64,000 nt of DNA from Alphaproteobacteria bacterium (lineage in GTDB: Bacteria; Pseudomonadota; Alphaproteobacteria; UBA828): NCBI GenBank assembly GCA_963422645.2, contig CAXXVO010000009.1, forward strand, positions 128,001 through 192,000. Direction: 5' to 3'. A model generated the notes under the pieces. The model searched no databases. It was not told the DNA's origin and worked only from the letters and a program-made list of their open reading frames with translations. Positions 29,030 through 37,884 of this stretch are shown here, one piece after another. How positions within the stretch are numbered: the first letter of the stretch is position 1; each line of letters starts with the position of its first letter. The position numbers and the translations under genes were made by a program.

Positions 29030-30010
29030 GTGGCGCTGCTCACGGTCGAGAATCTGACCAAGATCTTCACGGTCGGCAAAGACGAGGACCTGATCGCGGT
29101 CAACAACGTCTCGTTCACGCTTGAGCGCGGCGAGACGCTGGGCTTGGTCGGCGAGAGCGGCTCGGGAAAGACCACGGTCGGCCGCTGCGTGCTGCGCCTG
29201 ATCGAGCCTACCGAGGGGCGGATCGCGCTCGGCGACCAGCAGATCAGCGAGCTCGACCCGGCCGGACTCCGGGCGCTCCGGGCGCGGATGCAGCTCGTCT
29301 TCCAGGACCCCTTCGGCTCGCTCAACCCCAGACTCACGGTCTACCAGACGGTGGACGAGCCGCTCGCGCTGCACGACGTGGGGCGCGCCGAGCGCAGGCC
29401 CCGGGTCGGCGCGATGCTGGAGCGCGTGGGGCTCGGCAGCGACGTCTTCAACTACTATCCGGCGGACCTGACCGCGAGCGAGCAGCAGCGGGTGGGGATT
29501 GCGCGCGCGCTGGTCACCGAGCCCGAGTTCGTGGTGCTCGACGAGCCGACCTCGATGCTGGACCCCTCGGCGCGGGCCGAAATCCTGGACCTGCTCAAGG
29601 CGATCCAGAACGAGACCGAGACCGCCTACATCTTCATCTCCCACGACCTGACCTCGGTTGCGAAGATCAGCCACCGCATCGCGATCATGTACCTCGGCCA
29701 CATCGTCGAGCACGCGCCCACCGACATCATCATGGAGAGCCAGCGCCACCCCTACAGCCGCGCCCTTCTCTCCGCCGTGCTCTTCCCCGATCCGCACCGC
29801 CGGCCCGACCCCTACGTGATCGAGGGCGAGATCCCGACGGCGATCAACCCGAAGCCCGAATGCCCGCTCTACGGCCGCTGCCCGATCCGCGAAGACGCCT
29901 GCCAAGACGCGGTACCGCCGCTGGTTGAGGTGGAGGCGGTGCACTATTCTGCCTGCCGGCGCTGGGACGACGTCGCGGCCTCGATGGCGGACGCGCGCGG
30001 TGCTGCGTAG
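29030..30010 (+). CDS. Peptide/nickel ABC transporter ATP-binding protein
   Basis: GESGSGKT, LDEPT, ISHDL, HPY and a C-terminal Cys cluster. The signature is degenerate (LTASEQQR). Confidence 0.9.
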   Translation: MALLTVENLTKIFTVGKDEDLIAVNNVSFTLERGETLGLVGESGSGKTTVGRCVLRLIEPTEGRIALGDQQISELDPAGLRALRARMQLVFQDPFGSLNPRLTVYQTVDEPLALHDVGRAERRPRVGAMLERVGLGSDVFNYYPADLTASEQQRVGIARALVTEPEFVVLDEPTSMLDPSARAEILDLLKAIQNETETAYIFISHDLTSVAKISHRIAIMYLGHIVEHAPTDIIMESQRHPYSRALLSAVLFPDPHRRPDPYVIEGEIPTAINPKPECPLYGRCPIREDACQDAVPPLVEVEAVHYSACRRWDDVAASMADARGAA

Positions 30011-30188
30011 CAAAGCCTGGAGCGGTGAGGCGGGCTGGTTCGCACCCGTCGATGACAAAATCGTTACCGCCAAATTTGAACGAGCGCTTGTTTCAATTTT
30101 CTTCTAATATCCGGCCGCGTGCCGGGACGCGCGCACCTGCGCGCGCGGGCCGACCCTGCGGTGCAGAGGGAGACTGAGGAGAGACGAC

Positions 30189-31856
30189 ATGACCTTGGGT
30201 GACATCACGAGACGCGGCCTCGCGGTCGCAGCCACTGCAGCGCTCGCCGCGCTGGTGGCAGCGGCACCGCCGAAGCCGGCCGCCGCCAATCAGGACACGA
30301 TGGTGATTGCCATCGGCGCCCTGCCGCAGGGCATCGACCTCGACAAGCACGTGAGCCCGCAGACCTGGAGCATGGGCGCACAGGTGCTGGAGGACGGTAT
30401 GAACTGGGAGTCGATCGACTTCCCCTTCTCGACAGGCGACGCCTGGGACCCCTCCACCATCCCGGGCTTCATGTATCCAGACTACATGGGCCAGAAGACC
30501 CTGGTGCCCGGCATCATCGAGAATTGCGAAATGGAGCCGGACGGCAAGCGCGCCGTCTATCACCTGCGCAAGGGCGTGATCTCGCCCTGGGGCAACGAGT
30601 TCACCGCCGACGACATGCTCTGGCGGATCGAGCGCGGCAAGGCCACGGGGGCGATCAACAATTTCCTCGAGTTCCTGCTCAACATGCCGGGCCAGACGAT
30701 CAATCCGCCTGAGAGCGGCGGATACGCCAAGATCGACGACCATACCGTCGAGGTCACCTCGTCCGCGCCCATGCCGCTCGCCTGCAAGGGGCTGACCAAC
30801 TACTACAACGCCTGGCTCGACTCCACCGAGATCATGAAGAACGCCACGGAGGAGGATCCCTGGGGCGACAAGTGGGTGTCGACCAACGGCGGCGGCTTCG
30901 GCGGCTACCGGGTGAGCGAGTGGACCGCCGGCAAGCGGGTCGTCATGGAGGCCAACGAGAACTACTGGCGCGGTGCGCCGGAGATCAAGCGCATCATCTA
31001 CCTGGTGGTGCCGGAATCGGCCAACCGCGTGGCGCTGCTCAAGCAGGGCAAGGTGCACATGGCCGAGGGGCTGTCGCCGGACGAGATCGTAGCGCTCGCT
31101 GACGATCCGAACGCGCGCGGCGTCGCCGTACGCGGCAACCAGTCCATGTGGATGATGATCAACAACACGCTGCCGCCCTACGACAACGTGAAGGTGCGTC
31201 AGGCGATGAATCACCTCATCAACCAGGAGGCGATCATCCGCGACATCTACCACGGCATGATGAACCGCTGGCAGGGCGTGATGCCCAGCACCTATCCGGG
31301 CTACGAAGCGCACCTCAAGTACGACTTCAACCCGGAGAAGGCGAAGGCGCTCCTCGCCGAGGCGGGCTATCCTGACGGCTTCGACGCCGAGCTCTCGTTC
31401 GACGCGGCCGTTTCGGCAATGGAATCCATCGGCGTCCTGCTGCAGAGCGACTTCAGGAAGGCCGGCATCAACCTCTCGCTGAGGAAGCTGCCGACCGCCG
31501 CGAACTCGGACAACGTGATGGGCAAGCAGGGCTCGCTCGCGCTCTGGACGGACATGCCGATTCAGCCGGACATCAACTACGCGCTGAAGCTGGTGTGGCC
31601 GACCAACGCGCTCGTCAACTACCACAACTTCACCGACTCCAAGGTCGACCAGGTGCTGAAGGACGGCGAAGGCGTGGTGGACGCGGAAGCGCGCATCGCA
31701 GCGCACGGCGGCATCCAGGAGTATATTCACGACCTGGCGCCGCTGGGCTGGATCGGCGAGCACTATTTCGCCGTTGGCCTCTCGCGCAAGGTCAGCAACT
31801 TCCGCTGGTACACGACGCAGTACTACCACGTGGCGGAAATGAGCATCGCCGACTGA
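30189..31856 (+). CDS. ABC substrate-binding protein family 5, probable Tat signal
   Basis: TRRGL followed by a hydrophobic signal ending AAA. Also LRKGV...GNEFTADD, VRQAM...IN and EKAKALLAEAGYPDGF. Confidence 0.9.
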   Translation: MTLGDITRRGLAVAATAALAALVAAAPPKPAAANQDTMVIAIGALPQGIDLDKHVSPQTWSMGAQVLEDGMNWESIDFPFSTGDAWDPSTIPGFMYPDYMGQKTLVPGIIENCEMEPDGKRAVYHLRKGVISPWGNEFTADDMLWRIERGKATGAINNFLEFLLNMPGQTINPPESGGYAKIDDHTVEVTSSAPMPLACKGLTNYYNAWLDSTEIMKNATEEDPWGDKWVSTNGGGFGGYRVSEWTAGKRVVMEANENYWRGAPEIKRIIYLVVPESANRVALLKQGKVHMAEGLSPDEIVALADDPNARGVAVRGNQSMWMMINNTLPPYDNVKVRQAMNHLINQEAIIRDIYHGMMNRWQGVMPSTYPGYEAHLKYDFNPEKAKALLAEAGYPDGFDAELSFDAAVSAMESIGVLLQSDFRKAGINLSLRKLPTAANSDNVMGKQGSLALWTDMPIQPDINYALKLVWPTNALVNYHNFTDSKVDQVLKDGEGVVDAEARIAAHGGIQEYIHDLAPLGWIGEHYFAVGLSRKVSNFRWYTTQYYHVAEMSIAD

Positions 31857-31909
31857 CGGCGAGATTGTAGAGCGTCCCTCGGGACGAGCGCCGATGAAGG
31901 CGCCCGGCG

Positions 31910-31943
31910 GGGGCGGCGGGAGGAACCCGCCGCCCCGGCTTTC
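31910..31943 (+). terminator. GC-rich hairpin after the SBP gene (attenuator or mRNA stabiliser)
   Basis: GGGGCGGCGGG-AGGAA-CCCGCCGCCCC followed by GGCTTT. Confidence 0.5.
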
Positions 31944-32016
31944 GTGCCCGCCTGCCGCTCTGGCGGCGGGCGCAGCATCCGCCCTGCGCGGCGTCGCGGG
32001 TTAGGCGGGCCAGGCC

Positions 32017-33072
32017 ATGCGTCTCGCACTCTATATCGGGCGAAGATTTCTCTTCCTGATTCCCCAGGTCTTTCTGATCTCGTTCATCACCTTCGTGCTG
32101 GTGCGCCTGCTGCCGGGCGATCCGGCGCGGCTTTCGCTAGGCCCGCTTGCGCCCGAATCCTCGGTCGAGGCGCTGCGCGCCAAGATGTATCTGGACCGGC
32201 CCATCCCTGAGCAATACGTGATCTGGCTGGAGAACGCCTTTCAGGGTGATTTTGGCGAATCCTGGGTCAACAACACGGAAGTGGCGGACGATCTGATCAG
32301 CCGCATTCCGGTGACCCTGGAGCTCATCTTCCTCTCACTGTTCGTCGTCTTCCTGGTTCTGGTTCCGCTCGCCATCATTACCGCGAGCCGCACCAGAAAC
32401 TGGATCGTGCGGATCTTCCAGAACGCCACCTTCGGCTACGGCATGCTGGCCGGTGCGCTGCCGGACTTCCTGCTCGGCCTGGTGCTGATCTTCTTCCTCT
32501 TCGCCGGCGCGGCTGGGCTGATGCCGGCGGAGATTCTGCCGGGCCCGGAGGGCCGGCTCGGCATCCTCGACTTCGAGCCGCCCTTCGTGACCGGCTCGAT
32601 CCTGATAGATGCGGCGCTGGCCGGCGACTTCGAAATCTTCTGGTCGGGCTTCATGCACCTGATCATGCCGGTCTTCACCCTCGCCTTCGTTTACGGCGCT
32701 CCGATCTTCAAGATGCTGCGGAGCCAGATGGAGGGCGCGCTCAAGGCCGACTACACGACCTATGCGGAGGCCGTGGGCCTCGCGCCCACGATCGTGCTCA
32801 CACGGGCCGCCCGGGTCGCCGCCGGGCCGACGCTGGTGATTACCGGCGTCGTGGTGATGTTCCTGCTCGGCGGCGCGGTCCTGGTGGAGCGCGTATTCAA
32901 CTACGTCGGGCTCGGCCAGTACGCGATCAACGGCATCGTCACCGCCGATTACGCGCCCATTCAGGGCTTCGTCTGCTTCGCCGCGATCTTCACGATGCTG
33001 GTCTATCTCGCCGTGGACCTGATCCACTTCGCGATGGACCCCCGCATCAAGATCGGCGGAACCCAGGCCTAG
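32017..33072 (+). CDS. ABC permease (DppB/OppB-like)
   Basis: LLPGDPA, GDFGES, EAA-like loop, GAVLVE.VF...GLG and DPRI. Confidence 0.9.
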   Translation: MRLALYIGRRFLFLIPQVFLISFITFVLVRLLPGDPARLSLGPLAPESSVEALRAKMYLDRPIPEQYVIWLENAFQGDFGESWVNNTEVADDLISRIPVTLELIFLSLFVVFLVLVPLAIITASRTRNWIVRIFQNATFGYGMLAGALPDFLLGLVLIFFLFAGAAGLMPAEILPGPEGRLGILDFEPPFVTGSILIDAALAGDFEIFWSGFMHLIMPVFTLAFVYGAPIFKMLRSQMEGALKADYTTYAEAVGLAPTIVLTRAARVAAGPTLVITGVVVMFLLGGAVLVERVFNYVGLGQYAINGIVTADYAPIQGFVCFAAIFTMLVYLAVDLIHFAMDPRIKIGGTQA

Positions 33073-33119
33073 GGGCGGGTCCCGGAGCCGAAGATGAATA
33101 GGACCAGCATCCCCCTCGC

Positions 33120-33207
33120 GTCATGGCCGGGCTTGTCCCGGCCATCCACAAGAGCGCCCCGGTCTCGCCCGGCACCACTGGATGCCCGGAACCAGTCCGG
33201 GCATGAC
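33120..33207. repeat. Second REP-like palindromic doublet
   Basis: Same arms as 19582..19678 with a different spacer. Confidence 0.85.
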
Positions 33208-33267
33208 GATGTGGGGCCAACGGTCCTCTCGCGCATTCGCGGGTTGGGACACTAGGGGCGGCGCGCG

Positions 33268-34998
33268 ATGTTCTGGCTCCGCATCAAGCGCACACTCTGG
33301 GCGCTGCCGAAATGGCAGCTCGCCGTGCTGGTCATGTTCTTCGGGTGGATCTTCCTCACCATCTTCGGCCCCTATCTCGCGCCCTTCCCCACCGAGGTCG
33401 CCGAACCCACCACCCGCCTGCTGCCGCCCAGCGGCACCTACCCCTTCGGCACCGACGAGAACGGCATCGACATCTTCTCCCGCGTGCTGGCGGCGCCCCG
33501 CACCGACGTGGTGATCGGCGTCGTCGCCACCGCGATCTCGGTCTTCATCGGCACGCCGCTCGGCGTCATCGTCGCGCTCTACGAGAGCCGCGGCGGCGCC
33601 GGGTCCACCGCATTCGCCGAGACCTTCATGCGCGTGCTGGAGGTGATCCAATCCTTCCCCGTGTTCGTCTTTGCGATGGTGCTGGTGGCGGTCTTCGGCG
33701 GCAGCGTGACCAACATCATCATCGCCATCGCCTTCGTTAACACGCCAGTGTTCGTGCGCATCGTGCGCTCGGACGTGCTCTCGCTGGTGCAGCGACCCTT
33801 CGCCGAGGCCGCGCGCGCCGTCGGCAACCGCGAGGTGCGCATCGGCTTCCGCCACGTGCTGCCCAACGCCTTGCCGACGGTGATCGTGCAGGTCTCGGTC
33901 ACGGTGGGCTTCGCCATCCTGCTCACCGCAGGCCTGAGCTTCGTGGGCGCCGGCGTCAAGCCGCCGACGCCCGAGCTTGGCGCCATGATTGCGTCCGGCG
34001 CGAAGTTTCTGGAGATCGGGCAGTGGTGGGCCGCGTTCTTCCCCGGCGTCGCACTTGGGCTGATCGTCTTCTCCTTCGGCATCTTCGGCGAGATCATGAC
34101 CCGGGTGATGGAGCCGCGCGCAGTGAGGCGCGAGACCGACCGCCGCCGCGAGCACGCGCTGGAGACGGGCGGCGACGAGCCCGAAGTGCCCGAGGCCCCT
34201 ACCCTCACTCTCTCACACATGAGCGAGCCGGTGCTCGCGGTCGAGCACTTGGGTGTCGTCGCGGTCGACTCGCGCCAAGCGCTGCTGAGCGAAATCCATC
34301 TCGCGCTCGAGGCCGGCCACAGCATGGGGATCGTGGGCGAATCCGGCTCGGGCAAGTCTGTGCTGGTGAAGGCTCTGCTGCAGCTGCTGCCGCCGGAGCT
34401 TGCCGTCACCTCGGGCTCCGTGCGCTACCTCGACCACGACCTGCTCACGATTGGCAAGGGCTCGATGCGGGCGATGCGCACGACGCAGATCGCGGCGATC
34501 CTGCCCAACGCGAAGTCGCAGCTGAACCCGCTCACCAACGTCGGCGACATGCTGCGCAGCGCGCTGCAGGCACACGAGAAGATCAGCGCGAAGGAGGCGC
34601 AAGTTCGCTCGATCCAGCTGCTGGAGATGGTGGGCATCGTCGATCCGGCGCAGCGGCTGAGCGCCTTCCCCCACGAGCTGAGCGGCGGCATGGCCCAGCG
34701 GGTGTGTCTCGCCATGGCGCTGATGTACCGGCCCAAGCTGCTCATCGCGGACGAGCCGACCGCAGGGCTCGACGTGACGATCCAGCGCCAGGTGCTCGAC
34801 CTCACCCGCACGCTTGCCGAGGAGGCCGGCACGGCACGCCTCCTGATTACCGGCGACCTCGGCATCGCCGCGCATTACTGCGACACCGTCGCGGTGATGC
34901 AGGCAGGCAGGATCGTCGAAATTAACGAGACCGACCGTCTGTTCGACGCCCCCCGCCATCCCTATACCCAGCATCTGCTGGAGTGCGTGAGGGTATAG
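33268..34998 (+). CDS. Fused ABC permease (DppC-like) and ATP-binding domain (DppD-like)
   Basis: FGTD..G.DIFSR, EAARAVG and HVLPN, then GESGSGKS, LSGGMAQR and ADEPT. The H-loop reads ITGDL. Confidence 0.9.
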   Translation: MFWLRIKRTLWALPKWQLAVLVMFFGWIFLTIFGPYLAPFPTEVAEPTTRLLPPSGTYPFGTDENGIDIFSRVLAAPRTDVVIGVVATAISVFIGTPLGVIVALYESRGGAGSTAFAETFMRVLEVIQSFPVFVFAMVLVAVFGGSVTNIIIAIAFVNTPVFVRIVRSDVLSLVQRPFAEAARAVGNREVRIGFRHVLPNALPTVIVQVSVTVGFAILLTAGLSFVGAGVKPPTPELGAMIASGAKFLEIGQWWAAFFPGVALGLIVFSFGIFGEIMTRVMEPRAVRRETDRRREHALETGGDEPEVPEAPTLTLSHMSEPVLAVEHLGVVAVDSRQALLSEIHLALEAGHSMGIVGESGSGKSVLVKALLQLLPPELAVTSGSVRYLDHDLLTIGKGSMRAMRTTQIAAILPNAKSQLNPLTNVGDMLRSALQAHEKISAKEAQVRSIQLLEMVGIVDPAQRLSAFPHELSGGMAQRVCLAMALMYRPKLLIADEPTAGLDVTIQRQVLDLTRTLAEEAGTARLLITGDLGIAAHYCDTVAVMQAGRIVEINETDRLFDAPRHPYTQHLLECVRV

Positions 34999-35046
34999 TC
35001 CGGCACGAAGGGCGGCGAGACGACAAGCGAAGCGGACGAGACGACC

Positions 35047-36240
35047 ATGACGCGACATGTGGAGATCGCGGGCGGCGGGTTTACCGGGCTCGTCATGGGA
35101 ACGGCGCTGGCCCAGGCCGGCTGGACCGCGCGGGTTCACGAGCGCACGGAGGAGATCCGCGCCTTCGGTGCCGGCATCTGGATCTGGGACAACGGCGTGC
35201 GTGTGCTCAAGGCCATCGGCGCGGCGGACGACGCGCTGGAGGGCTGCACCGAGGCGCCGACCTACATCAGCCGCGACGCCAGGGGCCGCTACATCGACGA
35301 GGTGCCCTTTGCGCCCATCACCAGCACCGACCGCTCGCGCATGTTCTGCATCACGCGCCAGCGGCTCCTGAGCGCGATCCTGGGCGCGGCACAGCGCGCG
35401 GGCGTGGAAATCATCACCAGCTCGCAGGCGACCGGCGCGCGGCCCGAGGGTGTGCTGATCACCGAAGGCGGGCGCGAGTGGCCGGCGGACCTGGTCATCG
35501 GCGCGGACGGGATCAACTCGAACGTGCGGGACTCGCTGGGCCTGTTGAAGAGCCGCAAGCCCCACGTGGATGGCGCCATCCGCGTACTCGTGCCGCACGA
35601 GCCGGGCTATGCCGATACCGAAGAGGGCCGCACCATCCGCGAATGGTGGAAGGGCTACCGGCGGGTGCTCTACACGCCCTGTAACCGCGAGGTGTTCTAC
35701 CTCTGCTTCACCATGCTCGCGCGGGACAATGAGGCGAGCCAGATCCCCCTGCCGCGGGCGGTCTGGACCGAGGCCTTTCCGCACCTCGAATCGATGATCG
35801 GCCGCGTGCCGGACGAAGGACGCTACGACCGCTTCGAGACCATCAAGCTCAACGCCTGGAGCAAGGGCCGGGTGGCGATCGTGGGCGATTCGGCGCACGC
35901 GATGTCGCCGGGGCTGGGCCAGGGCTGTGGCACGGCGATCTCGAACGCCCTCTCGCTCTCCAACATGCTGCGCGAATCCGACGACATCGAGAACGTTCTG
36001 AGGCGCTGGGAGAAGCGCCAGCGCTCGATCTCCGAGCACACGCAGCTCTGGTCGACCATCACCTGGCCGCTCACGCTCTGGCCCCACTGGGCGGCGCGGA
36101 TCTATTACAACATGCCGATCCTGCATCCCTGGATGCTGGAGCAGCGGCGCAAGCCGTCGGAGTTCTACGCCTACGGCACCGAGACGCAGGTGCGCTGGAT
36201 GCCGCCTCATATGCGCCCAGAGGCCGAGGCGGCCGCGTAG
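35047..36240 (+). CDS. FAD-dependent oxygenase similar to 2-methyl-3-hydroxypyridine-5-carboxylate oxygenase (copy 1)
   Basis: EIAGGGF.GL, HER..EIRAFGAGI..W.NG.RVL, GADG, DG.IR..VP, R.LY.PC, RYD.FET.KL..W and GDSAHAM.P.LGQG. Confidence 0.8.
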   Translation: MTRHVEIAGGGFTGLVMGTALAQAGWTARVHERTEEIRAFGAGIWIWDNGVRVLKAIGAADDALEGCTEAPTYISRDARGRYIDEVPFAPITSTDRSRMFCITRQRLLSAILGAAQRAGVEIITSSQATGARPEGVLITEGGREWPADLVIGADGINSNVRDSLGLLKSRKPHVDGAIRVLVPHEPGYADTEEGRTIREWWKGYRRVLYTPCNREVFYLCFTMLARDNEASQIPLPRAVWTEAFPHLESMIGRVPDEGRYDRFETIKLNAWSKGRVAIVGDSAHAMSPGLGQGCGTAISNALSLSNMLRESDDIENVLRRWEKRQRSISEHTQLWSTITWPLTLWPHWAARIYYNMPILHPWMLEQRRKPSEFYAYGTETQVRWMPPHMRPEAEAAA

Positions 36241-36266
36241 AAGAGACGGCTCGGCGCGAAGAGACC

Positions 36267-37460
36267 ATGACGCGACACGCGGAGATCGCAGGCGGCGGGT
36301 TCACCGGCCTCACCATCGGTGCGGTGCTCGCCCGAGCCGGCTGGACGGTGCGCGTGCACGAGCGCACGGCGGAGATCCGCGCCTTCGGTGCGGGCATCTG
36401 GATCTGGGACAACGGCGTGCGTGTGCTGAAGGCGATCGGCGCCGCCGACCACGCGCTCGACGGCTGTACCGAGGCGCCGACCTACATCAGTTGGGACGCC
36501 AGGGGCCGCTACATCGACGAGGTGCCCTTCGCGCCCATCACCAGCACAGACCGCTCGCGCATGTTCTGCATCACCCGCCAGCAGCTCTTGAGCGCGATCC
36601 TGGGCGCGGCGGAGCGCGCAGGCGTCGAAATCGTCACGCGCTCGACGGCGACCGGCGCGCGGCCGGAGGGCACGCTCATCACCGAGGACGGGCGCGAATG
36701 GCCGGCGGACCTCGTCATCGGCGCGGACGGAATCAACTCCAAGGTGCGCGACTCTCTCGGCCTCTTGAAGAGCCGCAAGCCCCACGTGGACGGCGCCATC
36801 CGCGTGCTCGTGCCGCACGAGCCAGGCTACGCCGACACCGAGGAGGGCCGCACGATCCGCGAGTGGTGGAAGGGCTATCGCCGGGTGCTCTACACGCCGT
36901 GTACCCGCGAGGTCTTCTATCTGGCCTTCATCATGCTCGCGCGCGACACCGAGGCGTCGCGGCTGCCCCTGGCGAAAGCGCTCTGGACCAAGGCCTTCCC
37001 GCACCTCGAATCGATGATCGACCGGGTGCCGGACGAGGGGCGCTACGACCGCTTCGAGACCATCAAGCTGAAGGCCTGGAGCGCGGGCCGGGTGGCGATC
37101 GTGGGCGATTCGGCGCACGCCATGTCGCCGGGGCTTGGCCAGGGCTGCGGCACGGCGATCTCCAACGCCCTCTCGCTCGCCAACATGCTCCAGGAATCCG
37201 ATGACATCGACCGGGTGCTCGCGCGCTGGGAAGCGCGCCAGCGGCCGATCTCCGAACACACGCAGCTTTGGTCGACGATCACCTGGCCGCTCATTCTCTG
37301 GCCGCACTGGGCGGCGCGGATCTATTACAACATGCCGATCCTGCACCCCTGGATGCTGAAGCAGCGGCGCAAGCCGTCCGAGTTCTACGCCTACGGCACC
37401 GAGGGTCAGGTCCGCTGGATGCCGCCCTACCTGCGCAAAGAGGTAGGAACCGTGGCATAA
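36267..37460 (+). CDS. MHPCO-like FAD-dependent oxygenase (copy 2, tandem paralogue)
   Basis: Same length (397 aa) and mostly identical to copy 1. Confidence 0.8.
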   Translation: MTRHAEIAGGGFTGLTIGAVLARAGWTVRVHERTAEIRAFGAGIWIWDNGVRVLKAIGAADHALDGCTEAPTYISWDARGRYIDEVPFAPITSTDRSRMFCITRQQLLSAILGAAERAGVEIVTRSTATGARPEGTLITEDGREWPADLVIGADGINSKVRDSLGLLKSRKPHVDGAIRVLVPHEPGYADTEEGRTIREWWKGYRRVLYTPCTREVFYLAFIMLARDTEASRLPLAKALWTKAFPHLESMIDRVPDEGRYDRFETIKLKAWSAGRVAIVGDSAHAMSPGLGQGCGTAISNALSLANMLQESDDIDRVLARWEARQRPISEHTQLWSTITWPLILWPHWAARIYYNMPILHPWMLKQRRKPSEFYAYGTEGQVRWMPPYLRKEVGTVA

Positions 37461-37514
37461 CAGGCCCCGGCAGGCGAGCGACCAAGCGCTTGCGATGTGC
37501 GGGAACATCGGCTC

Positions 37515-37826
37515 ATGAGCGACGACGATGATCGTGTGGAGTCTATGCTGAACCCGCCGCACCTGGGTGAACTGATCCGCGAAAGCATGGAAGAGGTCGG
37601 CTGGAACGTCACGGAGACGGCGAGCCGCATCGGCTGCGAGCGTGGGACATTATCGCGTCTGCTGAATGGCAGAGCTGGCGTCTCGGCAGCCATGGCCCTG
37701 GCCCTGGAAGACATCGGCTGGGGCACGGCCGAGCACTGGATGCGGATGCAGGCGAGCTACGAACTGGCGCAAGCGCGGCGGCAACGGGCCGTTGCTCTTC
37801 AAGCAGCGGGGAGCGGGGTCGCCTGA
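37515..37826 (+). CDS. higA: HigA-family antitoxin (orphan)
   Basis: NPPH.GELIRE, HTH, LSRLLNGRAGVS..MAL.L and W.RMQ..YEL. No higB upstream. Confidence 0.8.
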   Translation: MSDDDDRVESMLNPPHLGELIRESMEEVGWNVTETASRIGCERGTLSRLLNGRAGVSAAMALALEDIGWGTAEHWMRMQASYELAQARRQRAVALQAAGSGVA

Positions 37827-37884
37827 AGTCGGCTTCAGCGTCTCTGCGTTGGCCGCCGCGGAGCGCTAATCCGCAGAGGGTGGA

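Noticed and set aside
25305-37460. Functional link between pyridine-ring oxygenases and the pyridinium-based nickel-pincer cofactor
   Set aside because: Separate transcription units; only chemical resemblance supports it.
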